Shown here piece after piece: positions 41,646 to 50,903 of a stretch of 64,000 nucleotides of DNA. The stretch lies in NCBI GenBank assembly GCA_965223265.1, contig OZ244999.1, positions 6,080,001-6,144,000 on the forward strand, given 5' to 3'. The notes under the pieces are model-generated. The model made no database searches and was not told the origin of the DNA. It was given only the letters and a program-made list of their open reading frames with translations. This stretch comes from Planctomycetota bacterium. Lineage in GTDB: Bacteria; Planctomycetota; UBA8108; SXIK01. Positions within the stretch are counted from its first letter, which is position 1. Each line of letters starts with the position of its first letter. A program made the translations under genes and the position numbers.

Positions 41646-42209
41646 CTACTTCCCCCCGCACTGCATCGGCTGATCGGCCGACGGGTCCAGAACCGCGCTC
41701 ACCATTGTCACCGCTCCGACCGTCGGTGTGATCTCCCCTGTCCAGAGATCGATGTCGCAGAAGTCTTCGACGGCCTTGAAATAGCCGCCGGGTCCGAAGA
41801 GGCCTCGCTGCATCCTCGTGGCGCGCCCTTCCTCGTTGAACCATACGCTGTAGTCTTCATGGACGAAACCTTCTATCTCCGGCTTGATGTGATGCTCGAA
41901 CATGTACGAGTGGATGAAGCCCTCGAACGGCACTCCCTTCTCCTTCATGTCGCGAAGGATCAGGAAGTTGTCTGTTCGCTTGCCGATGGCCTCCATGCGC
42001 GCATCGACTTCTTCTGCCGTCTGACCGAAGTTGACGCCGAGTGTTACCCACTCATAGCTGCCCTCCTCCCAGCCGAAGGCCTCTCGGCTCTGATCGTAAC
42101 CAGCGCGAAGCTCCTTATCGTGCTCGACCGAGTAGATATAACCACCGACGTAGATGCCGAGGATCGTGGCGAAAAACCCAAACTCCAGGAGAAACGTGCG
42201 ACCTTTCAT
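41646..42209 (-). CDS. Hypothetical membrane-anchored protein
   Basis: RBS AAGGAG, N-terminal TM, 187 aa, downstream of the ECF gene. Confidence 0.7.
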   Translation of the reverse strand: MKGRTFLLEFGFFATILGIYVGGYIYSVEHDKELRAGYDQSREAFGWEEGSYEWVTLGVNFGQTAEEVDARMEAIGKRTDNFLILRDMKEKGVPFEGFIHSYMFEHHIKPEIEGFVHEDYSVWFNEEGRATRMQRGLFGPGGYFKAVEDFCDIDLWTGEITPTVGAVTMVSAVLDPSADQPMQCGGK

Positions 42210-42317
42210 GTGACTCTCCTTTCTCTGTCCGACACTAGGATTCGGTCTCTACTTCTCTTGCTTCGCGCTCCCAGCGCAGAAGCAACTCATCTGCCCAGCG
42301 CTTCACGACACCGTCCA

Positions 42318-44984
42318 TCACTCCCCCACGTCCACCTCGACGTGCGTCGTCTCACCGGCAGCGACCTCGGCGCTGCCGCGCCAGACGACATGGCCTCGGC
42401 TTCTCACGACGACTCGGTACTTGCCGCTTTCGATCGTCGCGGCGAAGACGCTCCAGCGCTCGCCGCTTGCGTGCGGCGGCAAGTAAAGGCGCGCTCCATC
42501 TCTTCCGCGGCTCTGGCACTCGACCTCCGCTTCCGGGAGCGGCCGGCCTTCAGCGTCCGCAACGGAAAGACGCAAGACGCCGCGGCGTTCGAGGTCGATC
42601 GAGATCGACTGCGTAGCTCTCGCCAATTCGCTAGCGACGCGAGCCTTGTCATCGACAACTTCATCGTCAACTCCCCCCTCGCCCAAGGCATCCTCCTCGC
42701 CGCCATCGATCTCAAGCTCGATCGGCGGCGCGAGCGGATACTCAAGCTCCGGCAGCACAAGCTCATAGCGTCCCGGCACCAGACCTTCGAACGTGAACCT
42801 GCCATCTTCCGAAACTCTCGTCTCGCCGCTTCGATCTGCCCCCTCGAGACGCACTTTCGACACGTTATATATAGAGGCACCTGCAATCTCCCCGCTCAGG
42901 CTCTTAAGCCCCACCACGAACTGGACTTCGGGCATCGATGTCGCTGTGATGCTCAATCGCTCGAATAACTCCCAAACAGTAGGGCCCAGAATGCTGACGA
43001 CGTAGTCCCCCGGCGCGTGGCGGAACATCAAAACGCCGTCCTCTCGGGTCTTGCCGCGAAGGAACGCGGAGCCGGCAAATTGAACGAGCCTCACGACCGG
43101 CTTGCCGGCCGGATCAACGAAGCGTGTGGGGACGACGGCCGTCGGCGCTTTGCCGAGAACGACGTTCAGCGCTTCACCTTCCCCAAGCGTTGCGGTCACG
43201 TGATGGACAAACGGATTCCCGGCGCCCTTTGGCCTCTCGATCTCGAACCTGCACTCCGCCGCGGGAAGATGCGTGAAGACGCAGACGCCTTCGGCGTTCG
43301 TCGTCTCGGAGATGGCGTCGCCTGCAAACCTGCAGGTGACCTCGACGCCTTCTTGCAGTTTGCTCTCGGGATCGTAGACGCGCACAGTCACCTCGCCGCT
43401 TGGCGGTGCCGACGGCTGAAGCCATACCGTGTTGAGTCCTTCAAGGTCGACACTCCGAAGCGATGTGCTTTCGTATCCGTACGCTGCAACGTCGAGATCG
43501 TAGGCGCCTGCTCGAAGACCGCGAAACGTGCAAAAACCTTCTGCGTTCGAAACACTTCGGATGCGCTGGTAGGTGTTCTTCTCTTCGATGCGGGTCTTGG
43601 CCATGACTGCCGCTCGTGCGATCGATTCGCCCGTGACGGCGTCCTTCAGTGCAATCTGCGCCCTCAGCCGCGACCTCAAGACGATCTCAACCTTGCGGTT
43701 CTCCCCAAGTTCAGCGCGAAAGCGAGCGCGGCTCAGCCGCGGGTACTCATCGGCATACACCCGCGCAGTGAGATCGACGCCAATGAAACGCTCCGAAAGA
43801 AAACGCAAGCGCCGCGGGTTCCTCTCTGCGAGGTTGTACGTGTCGAGACGAAGCGCGATCTCATCGCCGCGCACAAGACCTTGGTCCGGACCTGGCACCA
43901 TGCCCGGACCGTAGAGTGTGACAGTTCCGTGACGGACCGGGACGTCCTCTTCGTCAACGACGTGAAGCTCGACCGACGCGAGCACGTTCGGTGGCTTGTT
44001 CTCTTCGACCGCTGCTGTCTCACCGCTTTCAGCTTCAGGCTCGGCGGCCGCAGCAGGCCTCGGCACCGGCGGCGCTTCAACGCTGTGCGCGACGGCTGGT
44101 GTTACCTGCGCCACTGGCTCACTCGCGGCCTGTGACTCAACCGCCGTGGGCTCCGGTGCGCCTGCAACGCCCGCGCGCTGCTTCAAGTCACGCTCGACCA
44201 TGCGCCACACCGCCGTGAAGATGAGAGAAGCAAGCAGCGCCGAAACCAAAAACAGCTTTGCCGCTTGAACCGAAGCGCCCGCGGGCAGCCGCTCGCGCGG
44301 GCGATTTCTGAGAGGTACCGAGTCAGGCGCGGGCGTAGCGTCGCTCCAGCTGCGGGCGATCTGATCGAGCCGTGCGGCGAGCGCCTTCGGGACTTCCGCT
44401 GCGCTCACCTTCATCTTCTCGTAGAGCGGATGCAGCACCGCCGCGATGAGAGCGAAGCGCGCCGGACTGAGTTTTTGACGTAGTGTCTTCGTGCCGGCTG
44501 CTATGCGATAGAGTACCGTGCGCCGATTTCGGTCGATCGCTTCAGCGATGGAATCGATCGATTGCCCCTCGAGGTAGCGCCTCTCAACGCACTCGCGGTG
44601 GGCGGGAGGGAGCGACTCGATCGCTTCGTAGATCACCGCCAGATCGAGAGGTGAGAGCCCGATGGGCGAGGAGGCATTCTCCACCACGTCTGGCGCCAGA
44701 ATCTCGTAGTGCCTTCTCGCCTCGCTCCGCTTTTTCGTGCGCGCGACCGACAGCGTCAGCGATGTCACGAAGCCGAGGCCGCTGCGGATCTTGTGGTCTT
44801 GCCAGCGGCTGGCGTCGCACAGCAGCAGGAACACATCTTGCGTGACGTCCTCGGCGAGCGCGTCATCCTTCAGCACCCGCGCCGCCAACACGTAGACGTG
44901 ATCGCGCAGCTCCTCAACAACGCTGCGAAAGCGCTGGCTCGTCGGTGCTTCAAGGTAAAGTGCGAGAACGTCTTTAGATTTCAT
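42318..44984 (-). CDS. ECF sigma factor fused through a TM helix to carboxypeptidase-regulatory-like repeats
   Basis: Sigma2 (AEDVTQDVFL) and sigma4 (AIESLP..RYLEGQSIDSIAEA); TM LFLVSALLASLIFTAVW; repeats such as TNAEGVCVFTHLP and SEDGRFTFEGLVPGRYEL. Confidence 0.88.
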   Translation of the reverse strand: MKSKDVLALYLEAPTSQRFRSVVEELRDHVYVLAARVLKDDALAEDVTQDVFLLLCDASRWQDHKIRSGLGFVTSLTLSVARTKKRSEARRHYEILAPDVVENASSPIGLSPLDLAVIYEAIESLPPAHRECVERRYLEGQSIDSIAEAIDRNRRTVLYRIAAGTKTLRQKLSPARFALIAAVLHPLYEKMKVSAAEVPKALAARLDQIARSWSDATPAPDSVPLRNRPRERLPAGASVQAAKLFLVSALLASLIFTAVWRMVERDLKQRAGVAGAPEPTAVESQAASEPVAQVTPAVAHSVEAPPVPRPAAAAEPEAESGETAAVEENKPPNVLASVELHVVDEEDVPVRHGTVTLYGPGMVPGPDQGLVRGDEIALRLDTYNLAERNPRRLRFLSERFIGVDLTARVYADEYPRLSRARFRAELGENRKVEIVLRSRLRAQIALKDAVTGESIARAAVMAKTRIEEKNTYQRIRSVSNAEGFCTFRGLRAGAYDLDVAAYGYESTSLRSVDLEGLNTVWLQPSAPPSGEVTVRVYDPESKLQEGVEVTCRFAGDAISETTNAEGVCVFTHLPAAECRFEIERPKGAGNPFVHHVTATLGEGEALNVVLGKAPTAVVPTRFVDPAGKPVVRLVQFAGSAFLRGKTREDGVLMFRHAPGDYVVSILGPTVWELFERLSITATSMPEVQFVVGLKSLSGEIAGASIYNVSKVRLEGADRSGETRVSEDGRFTFEGLVPGRYELVLPELEYPLAPPIELEIDGGEEDALGEGGVDDEVVDDKARVASELARATQSISIDLERRGVLRLSVADAEGRPLPEAEVECQSRGRDGARLYLPPHASGERWSVFAATIESGKYRVVVRSRGHVVWRGSAEVAAGETTHVEVDVGE

Positions 44985-45098
44985 TTCGTTCGTTTCGTTT
45001 TCACCGCCTTACGATTCGGCTTCGCTCGCGCGCTTGCTGGAGGATCGGGGCGATCGCTCCACGCCCAGTCCAAGCCGTCGAGAAGAGGGCGCGATCGA

Positions 45099-45371
45099 TC
45101 AGTTCAAAAGCGTGTAGTACAAAATCAAAGCCTGAATGATGAGTCCGAGCACGCCGAGAATGACAACGAACGCCCAGCTCACCTGGCTGCTGACCAGCCG
45201 GATGTGCTCGCGGTTCGTCACCACTTGGCTCGGGATGCTTTGGCCATTTCCGTGGATGAGCTTTCGCATCGCCTCGAGCTGCGTCTCGATTTTCGCGGCG
45301 CGCGTCTTGAGCGCCGAGACCTCGAGCGCGAGGCCGCCTTCATCGCTTTGACCGTTCATGCTGCGCGTCAT
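45099..45371 (-). CDS. Small coiled-coil protein with C-terminal TM (XhlA/phage-like)
   Basis: LKTRAAKIETQLEAMRKLIHGNG..WAFVVILGVLGLIIQALILYY. Confidence 0.6.
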   Translation of the reverse strand: MTRSMNGQSDEGGLALEVSALKTRAAKIETQLEAMRKLIHGNGQSIPSQVVTNREHIRLVSSQVSWAFVVILGVLGLIIQALILYYTLLN

Positions 45372-45699
45372 ACCCTTGAGTTTTCACCTCCGTCTCTCCA
45401 ATGTACTTCAAAAGGAAGAGCCGGCACCGGGCGCTATTGTGTGGTCGTCTCCCAGTGCCAACTCTTTCATGCAGGTCTACTTGTCTTTAGTGGTCGCAGT
45501 TACGTTTTTTTAGTGTTTCTTCACCTCCTTTCTCCGGGCGACCGACCCCACCTGTAGCCGGTCGCCCGAGTGACTCTGGAGCATCACTTCAATCACACCC
45601 GTGATCTCCTCGCTCCCTGCGTGCGGCTGAAAAGGTCCCGCCCTCCTCCCCGTCCCGTGCCGACGCCAGCGGTCGCCGCCGGTGTGGGACTGCACCGTT

Positions 45700-46122
45700 T
45701 CATCCGCGCCTCGCGCGCGCACCTCCAAGCTCGAACGAGCCAACCTCGGCTTCATGGATCCACGCACTGGAGCGCTCACCGGTGAGCTGCCAGATGCGAA
45801 TCGGCCGCAGGCGCCGGCGCCACCCGGCGCGTTTCACTCGCCACGGCATCGCGCTCCACTCGCGGCCGCGAAAGACGTTGCCGAGCAGCGGCCCGAGCGC
45901 CGAGCCGTCAACGCCATGCTCTTCCATCGCCGCGATGACGTCGTCGACGGTGCAGAGCCTCAGCGAGTGGCTGAGCGCACGTTCGGCGGCGACGCTTCGC
46001 GCCAAGGTCAAAAGTTCATTGGGCGCGACGGGTCGACGCGCACGAGCGCGGCGAAGCACTCGCACCTCGGGGCGCACTCTCGAGCGGCTCTGCCGGCAGG
46101 CGGTGCGCGCTTTGGACTGCAT
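45700..46122 (-). CDS. Hypothetical basic phage-like protein
   Basis: RBS AAGGAG before ATG 46122; TVDDV..ALGPLLGNVFRG..W..RPIRIW. Confidence 0.6.
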   Translation of the reverse strand: MQSKARTACRQSRSRVRPEVRVLRRARARRPVAPNELLTLARSVAAERALSHSLRLCTVDDVIAAMEEHGVDGSALGPLLGNVFRGREWSAMPWRVKRAGWRRRLRPIRIWQLTGERSSAWIHEAEVGSFELGGARARRG

Positions 46123-46175
46123 TCTCTCACTCCTTCTCAAAGGGCCAACTGATGAAAAACTGTTCTCCACCTCTT

Positions 46176-46203
46176 AGTTGCCGCTCGAGGGAGTTAGGTG
46201 ATG
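46176..46203 (-). promoter_or_regulatory. CATCACCT-N12-CGGCAACT motif, copy 1
   Basis: Upstream of the 46122 gene run; shares the downstream AAGAGGTGGAGAA with copy 3. Confidence 0.7.
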
Positions 46204-46289
46204 TGGAAAATCGAAAAAACGCGAAAAAACTTTCCGCACGCGGTCATCGAAGCAGTTTCATGGCGTGCGAAGTGGGCAGAGAGTGGCCG

Positions 46290-46467
46290 CGGGACCGCTA
46301 CGCGGGCTCAGGGGAACGCTACGGAAGTCGGTTTTGGCATAGCGGTCCCCGCGGGCGAGCTCGTAAGGTTCGCATGCAAAGGAGTTTGTGATGACGTAGG
46401 CCCGCTGGGACCGCTGGGACCGCTACGCGCGCATATACCCGCTGAAATCCGCGGCGATGTGACACAC
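46290..46467 (+). repeat. Diverged copy of the iteron arm (GGGACCGCT repeats)
   Basis: About 155 bp similar to 50072-50227, ending GGGACCGCTGGGACCGCTACGCGCGCATA..GATGTGACACAC. Confidence 0.85.
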
Positions 46468-47356
46468 GGTCTTTGGGGCGTTGGTGGGCTCTGTGTGCAG
46501 GATTGCGTTTGGTGCGGATTTCTCGTGCGGTAGTGGTCGCCCGCGGTGATCTTGCCGCGCGGAGGCGAACAACTCGAGCTGCTACGGGTCGGCAGCGCGG
46601 TGGCGCACGTGTTCGTCGCTGTCGGGGAACAATCGAGTCACGCTGGCCATCATGCTGACGCGGGCAACCGCACCGTGCTCTCGGCAAATCAACGAAAGCG
46701 TGTGTCCGGATGACGTGCTGGGCAACAGTCGCATAATGGGGTGCTCAACCCCGGAGAGCCCCTCGCAACTTCTCCTTCAACTCGGACAAAAGTCGAGACT
46801 TCTCAGCTTCATACGAAGCTCGGCCGAATTCTTCGGGGAGTTTCGCTGTCCCCAGAACGAAGATTCCCGTGGGTGTGTGGACGACTCTGAGCCGGTTTCC
46901 TCGTCCGAGTCCAAGCCAACTCGAGGATGTGCGAGTCGTCGACAATCCTGAACTCCTTGTCGAGGCTTTCATGACGACGCTCTCAAGAGCCAGATATCTT
47001 CCACAGAACGACGGCGAGCTGCGTCACGCTTGGCGAGACGTGACGCTTCACGCCGCCCTCTGAAGAACCTGTTGCGCTGCCCCGCTCGAAGCCAGACGGG
47101 CGATTTCGAGGCGAGATCGCGACTCACCTCGAGAACAGACGGAGCCATGCCGCCAGGAATACCATCAGGCAACCCGCGAGGCAAATGGTCGTGCCTGATC
47201 CGAGCCAGCAGAGGGTTGTGTGAAGCGCCCACGCAACGCATAGATGGCGCCCGTCCCTACAACGTCCGGTCAGAAGTTTTCTATTCGTGCTCGAGGACCG
47301 AGACCGTGAGACGATCGCCGATCGACTGGAAGGTCGTGCAACGTGGGGTGAACACC

Positions 47357-48037
47357 TCAGCGCGAGCCATCGACGCCTCTCTTGACGATCGAGTCGATGA
47401 CCTGAGACACGCCGAAACTCAATTCCGGATGATTATCTCGATACTCAAGCAGTGCCGGAAGTGCATCCGTAGCTTTCTCGCCCAGATTCTCAAGTGCCAA
47501 CAAGGTATACAGTAACGTGCATAGATCTTGACGTTTACGTCTCAGCTGCCTCACAAAAGCATCTACGACTATCTTCTCCGAGGCTCCCATTCGGTATAAC
47601 GTGTGCAGAGCCTGCGCGCGCATCTGAAAGTTGGAGTCCTCCACCGCTTCCACCAAAGCACGTAAAGAGGCGTCTCCGATATTCTCGAGCGCTCGAGCTG
47701 CATAGTGTATTTCCATGTACCTTCCGCCATGCCCCTCAGGAATCAAGATAAAGTGCCACAGATCGTCTACTTCGCCTGGAAGCTCACTGAAGTCTCGGAG
47801 CGGATCTGGCTCTCTTCGTACGACGTTGAGCAATTCAGGAACAGACTTCACAGACTTCAGATCGCCCAGAACCTCTGCGGCCCACCGCCTGCTTTCTTCG
47901 TTTTCAGCCTGAAGACATCGAATACACCACCACTCCCAGAACATGCCCTTGCACGCGAAAACCAACAAAACACCAGCGACGACCCCCACACCAACGGCAC
48001 ACCTACGACGCAACACGTCGTCTCGCTTCCCGCTCAT
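47357..48037 (-). CDS. HEAT/PBS-lyase repeat membrane protein
   Basis: N-terminal TM; RRWAAEVLGDLKS..SVPEL, AARALENIG, ALENLGEKATDALPAL. Confidence 0.8.
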   Translation of the reverse strand: MSGKRDDVLRRRCAVGVGVVAGVLLVFACKGMFWEWWCIRCLQAENEESRRWAAEVLGDLKSVKSVPELLNVVRREPDPLRDFSELPGEVDDLWHFILIPEGHGGRYMEIHYAARALENIGDASLRALVEAVEDSNFQMRAQALHTLYRMGASEKIVVDAFVRQLRRKRQDLCTLLYTLLALENLGEKATDALPALLEYRDNHPELSFGVSQVIDSIVKRGVDGSR

Positions 48038-48786
48038 ACACAGAACCGTAGGACTCTTCAGGCCATCAGGCGACTCGCTATATCATATCCATCATTCGCC
48101 AGAACGTGCCACTTTCACCACTTGGATCACCGCTGCCGACCTCGTGCGGACCTAAAGAATTCAAGGTTTTCCACCTTTTAGTCCCGGCGAATCTACTTGT
48201 GGCTGAGCTGCGGACAGTCGTCGTCACGCTGGTTTCTGTCGACATCTATACATCTATGCACCGCCGATCAGCGCGTCGCTTAAGTTCTCCGTGACACAGA
48301 TAGCTCTGTACGCACCGCGCAGAGACACCGAACGCCATGCGATCAAGCGATGACAAATCCGACAGCGCACCAGGCCAAGCAGAACGAAGCCCTTCGAATG
48401 TTCGCTCCGCGATTCTGATCGTGATAGCGATCGTTTCTCTGTTTCTCTCGCCTCTCGATTCTTTTCCGACGTCGATTGGGTCGGGGTTTTCGTTTCATCT
48501 CCGTCGAGTATTGCATGTGCTTTTGGTCTGGTTTGGATCATGCTCAAGGTCGTTGCGGCTTCCTCGAACGGAATCATCAAACCCCGCCCGCGGGACATTT
48601 TTGACGGCGCCGTATGTTTGGTTGGATCGACCATGTGGTGGGGGTTGGTCTTTCCGACGTAGAGACGTTCCCTCGATGAACGAGGCACCGCCGTACTCCT
48701 CACCATGCGATCACAACCCCCTTTGCGGTTCGGGGAAACACGGCAACGCAACGGGCAAAGTCCTTGTCCGGGGGTAGAATGCACGC

Positions 48787-49683
48787 ATGAAGGCCAAAGG
48801 GCGAAACGCTGTAATCGTCGGAGGGCTCTTGGCCCTCGCCCTCACGGCGGTTCTCATGGGCTACTGGCGGGAGATTCGGGTGTGGTATCTGCTCGTGACC
48901 CGCTTCGAGAGACTTCCGCACAATGAGCAAGGGTACCCGGAGTACCAGCACAGCGATACAGGGGTAGTGTTCGTATGGCTGCCAGGTGGAACGTTTCTCA
49001 TGGGAACGTCACCGGAACAACGCCAGGCCTATCTCAGCACCATGGCGGAAATGTCCAGCGCCAACAACATAGCCGTGACCCGGCAAAACTCGCTGGATGA
49101 GACTCCTCAAAGAGCGGTGACTGTGAGTTCATTCCTTATCGCGAAGTACGAGGTTAGCCAGGCAGAGTGGGAACGCATAATGGGAAGCAATCCTGCGCGA
49201 TTCAAAGGAGAAACCCTCCCTGTGGAGCAAGTATCCTGGCAGGAGTGCGTGGATTTCTGTGAGAAAATAGATCTCTCGCTTCCGACTGAAGCGCAATGGG
49301 AATACGCCTGCCGGGCGGGGACGAACACACTTTTTGCTTTCGGCAACACGCGACCCAGCAAGGCGCAGGTCAACTACGACAATTATATGACGGTTGAGGT
49401 CGAGGCAGTGCCCAATGACTTTGGTCTCCACAACACACATGGCAACGTTGCCGAATGGTGCGCGGACTTTTACGACCCGAATCGGTACGAGAAACTTCAG
49501 GAGGGGGCAACGGACCCCATCAGCAGTTCTCGTCCCGCCGGCAGCAACGACCTCCGGGTCATCCGAGGCGGCACCTGGAACTACGGTTGGTTTTACTGCT
49601 ATTCGGCTCTCCGTAGATATGGCCCACCGGACGACTACGTAGGTGCTGAGATAGGGTTCCGCCCTGTCTACAATCTCAAGTAG
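48787..49683 (+). CDS. FGE-sulfatase (SUMF1-like) domain protein with N-terminal TM
   Basis: PGGTFLMG, KYEVSQAEW, PVEQVSW, LPTEAQWEYACRAG, PNDFGL..GNVAEWC, RVIRGG, IGFRP. Confidence 0.9.
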   Translation: MKAKGRNAVIVGGLLALALTAVLMGYWREIRVWYLLVTRFERLPHNEQGYPEYQHSDTGVVFVWLPGGTFLMGTSPEQRQAYLSTMAEMSSANNIAVTRQNSLDETPQRAVTVSSFLIAKYEVSQAEWERIMGSNPARFKGETLPVEQVSWQECVDFCEKIDLSLPTEAQWEYACRAGTNTLFAFGNTRPSKAQVNYDNYMTVEVEAVPNDFGLHNTHGNVAEWCADFYDPNRYEKLQEGATDPISSSRPAGSNDLRVIRGGTWNYGWFYCYSALRRYGPPDDYVGAEIGFRPVYNLK

Positions 49684-49875
49684 ACCGGTGCCTGGGACCA
49701 TACATCTGTGCTCGTCGAGCGACCAAGTCGCACGACATGTCGGTCTGCCGGTCGACCGCCCAGAGTGAGCATCGTCGCTGCTTGCTCACCAACAGCCACC
49801 ACCGCTCACCGCCGAGCGGTCGCTCACGCTCAGACCGCCACCAGCCAAACAATCAAACAATCCCCACACGAAGAT

Positions 49876-50227
49876 GTGTGTGTCACATCGTCACCCCGAA
49901 CCGGGGTGTCTATGCGCGCGTAGCGGTCCCAGCGGTCCCAGCGGTCCCGCGGCTCATCTAAGTTCTTTGCGCATCGCACCTTGAGATGACGGCCATTCAA
50001 CATCCGTAGCGGTCCCAGCGGTCCCCTGGCGATCTGTAGCGGTCCCGTGGGCTAACCTCAGGCCCCGCTACGGGGACCGCTACAGCGCGCGTCTGGCGTA
50101 GCGGTCCCCCATCGCGCGCTCATAAAATTCGTATGCAAAGTAGTTTACGATGGCGCAGGCCCGTTGGGACCGCTGGGACCGCTACGCGCGCATAGACACC
50201 TCTGAAATCCGTCGCGATGTGACACAC
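49876..50227. repeat. ~350-bp imperfect palindrome with about 11 GGGACCGCT/AGCGGTCCC iterons (putative origin)
   Basis: Arms of about 95 bp, GTGTGTCACATCG..TATGCGCGCGTAGCGGTCCC and its reverse complement at about 50132-50227. Confidence 0.85.
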
Positions 50228-50330
50228 TCTCTCTCGGAGACTCTGCCGAGCCGTGCGCTGCCGATTGCACCTCACGCAAACTTCTTGCGTGGTTGCATCT
50301 GTTGTCGAACATCACGGGACGCGGCCTCGA

Positions 50331-50579
50331 TCAACTGCGCGCCCGACATCGCCTCAGCGCGATGTATCGCCGCACCTCCTCCGGCTCGAAGAGGAGTCTG
50401 CGCTCGGAGCGGATCACCGCAAGCTCGCCTCGCCGAATGCGCCGCCAAAGCGTCGTCTTCGAGACGCGCAGAATCTCGCACACCTCTGTTGAGCGCAGGA
50501 GCGGCTCGATCTTCTCTCCGGCTACCGCGCCGCCGGCGAGCGACTTCAGCGTCCGCCTCTCCATGTCGTTCGTTCCCAT
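50331..50579 (-). CDS. HTH_17/AlpA excisionase-like DNA-binding protein
   Basis: LLRSTEVCEILRVSKTTLWRRIRRGEL..RRLLFEPEEVRRYI; RBS GGAGG. Confidence 0.85.
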   Translation of the reverse strand: MGTNDMERRTLKSLAGGAVAGEKIEPLLRSTEVCEILRVSKTTLWRRIRRGELAVIRSERRLLFEPEEVRRYIALRRCRARS

Positions 50580-50721
50580 ACGTCCTCCAGTTGCGGGTCT
50601 CAGCGCCCTTCGGTTCTACGCGCGCTTGATCGCCTGCGATTCGCTGCTCGCGCACTCCCGATCGCCGCGCCGGCTTCAACGTCGAAGCTTTAAAAAGCAC
50701 GGCCAGCGCCTCCTACATGTC

Positions 50722-50749
50722 AGTTGCCGCAAACTGGCGTTAGGTGATG
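50722..50749 (-). promoter_or_regulatory. CATCACCT-N12-CGGCAACT motif, copy 2
   Basis: Upstream of the HTH_17 gene, same orientation. Confidence 0.7.
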
Positions 50750-50903
50750 CGAAAAATCGAGAAAATGTGAACCTCTTTGAACCGCCCTGCGATTCCTCGT
50801 CCGCACCGCACGCTGCGCGGTCCGCCCTCGCACTCGCCGCGGCTCGCTGTGCTCGCCACTCACCTCGAGTCGCTCGGGAGAACTCAACGCGACTCGGGCG
50901 GCC

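Noticed and set aside
41493-44135. Long plus-strand ORFs of 491 and 372 aa
   Set aside because: Antisense shadows of the GC-rich ECF gene with no recognisable motifs.
49540-49683. FGE/CLec C-terminus as a DGR variable region
   Set aside because: No adenine-variant template repeat and no reverse transcriptase seen in the window.
49876-50227. CRISPR array
   Set aside because: Repeats are 9-mers in both orientations with no unique regular spacers, and there are no cas genes.
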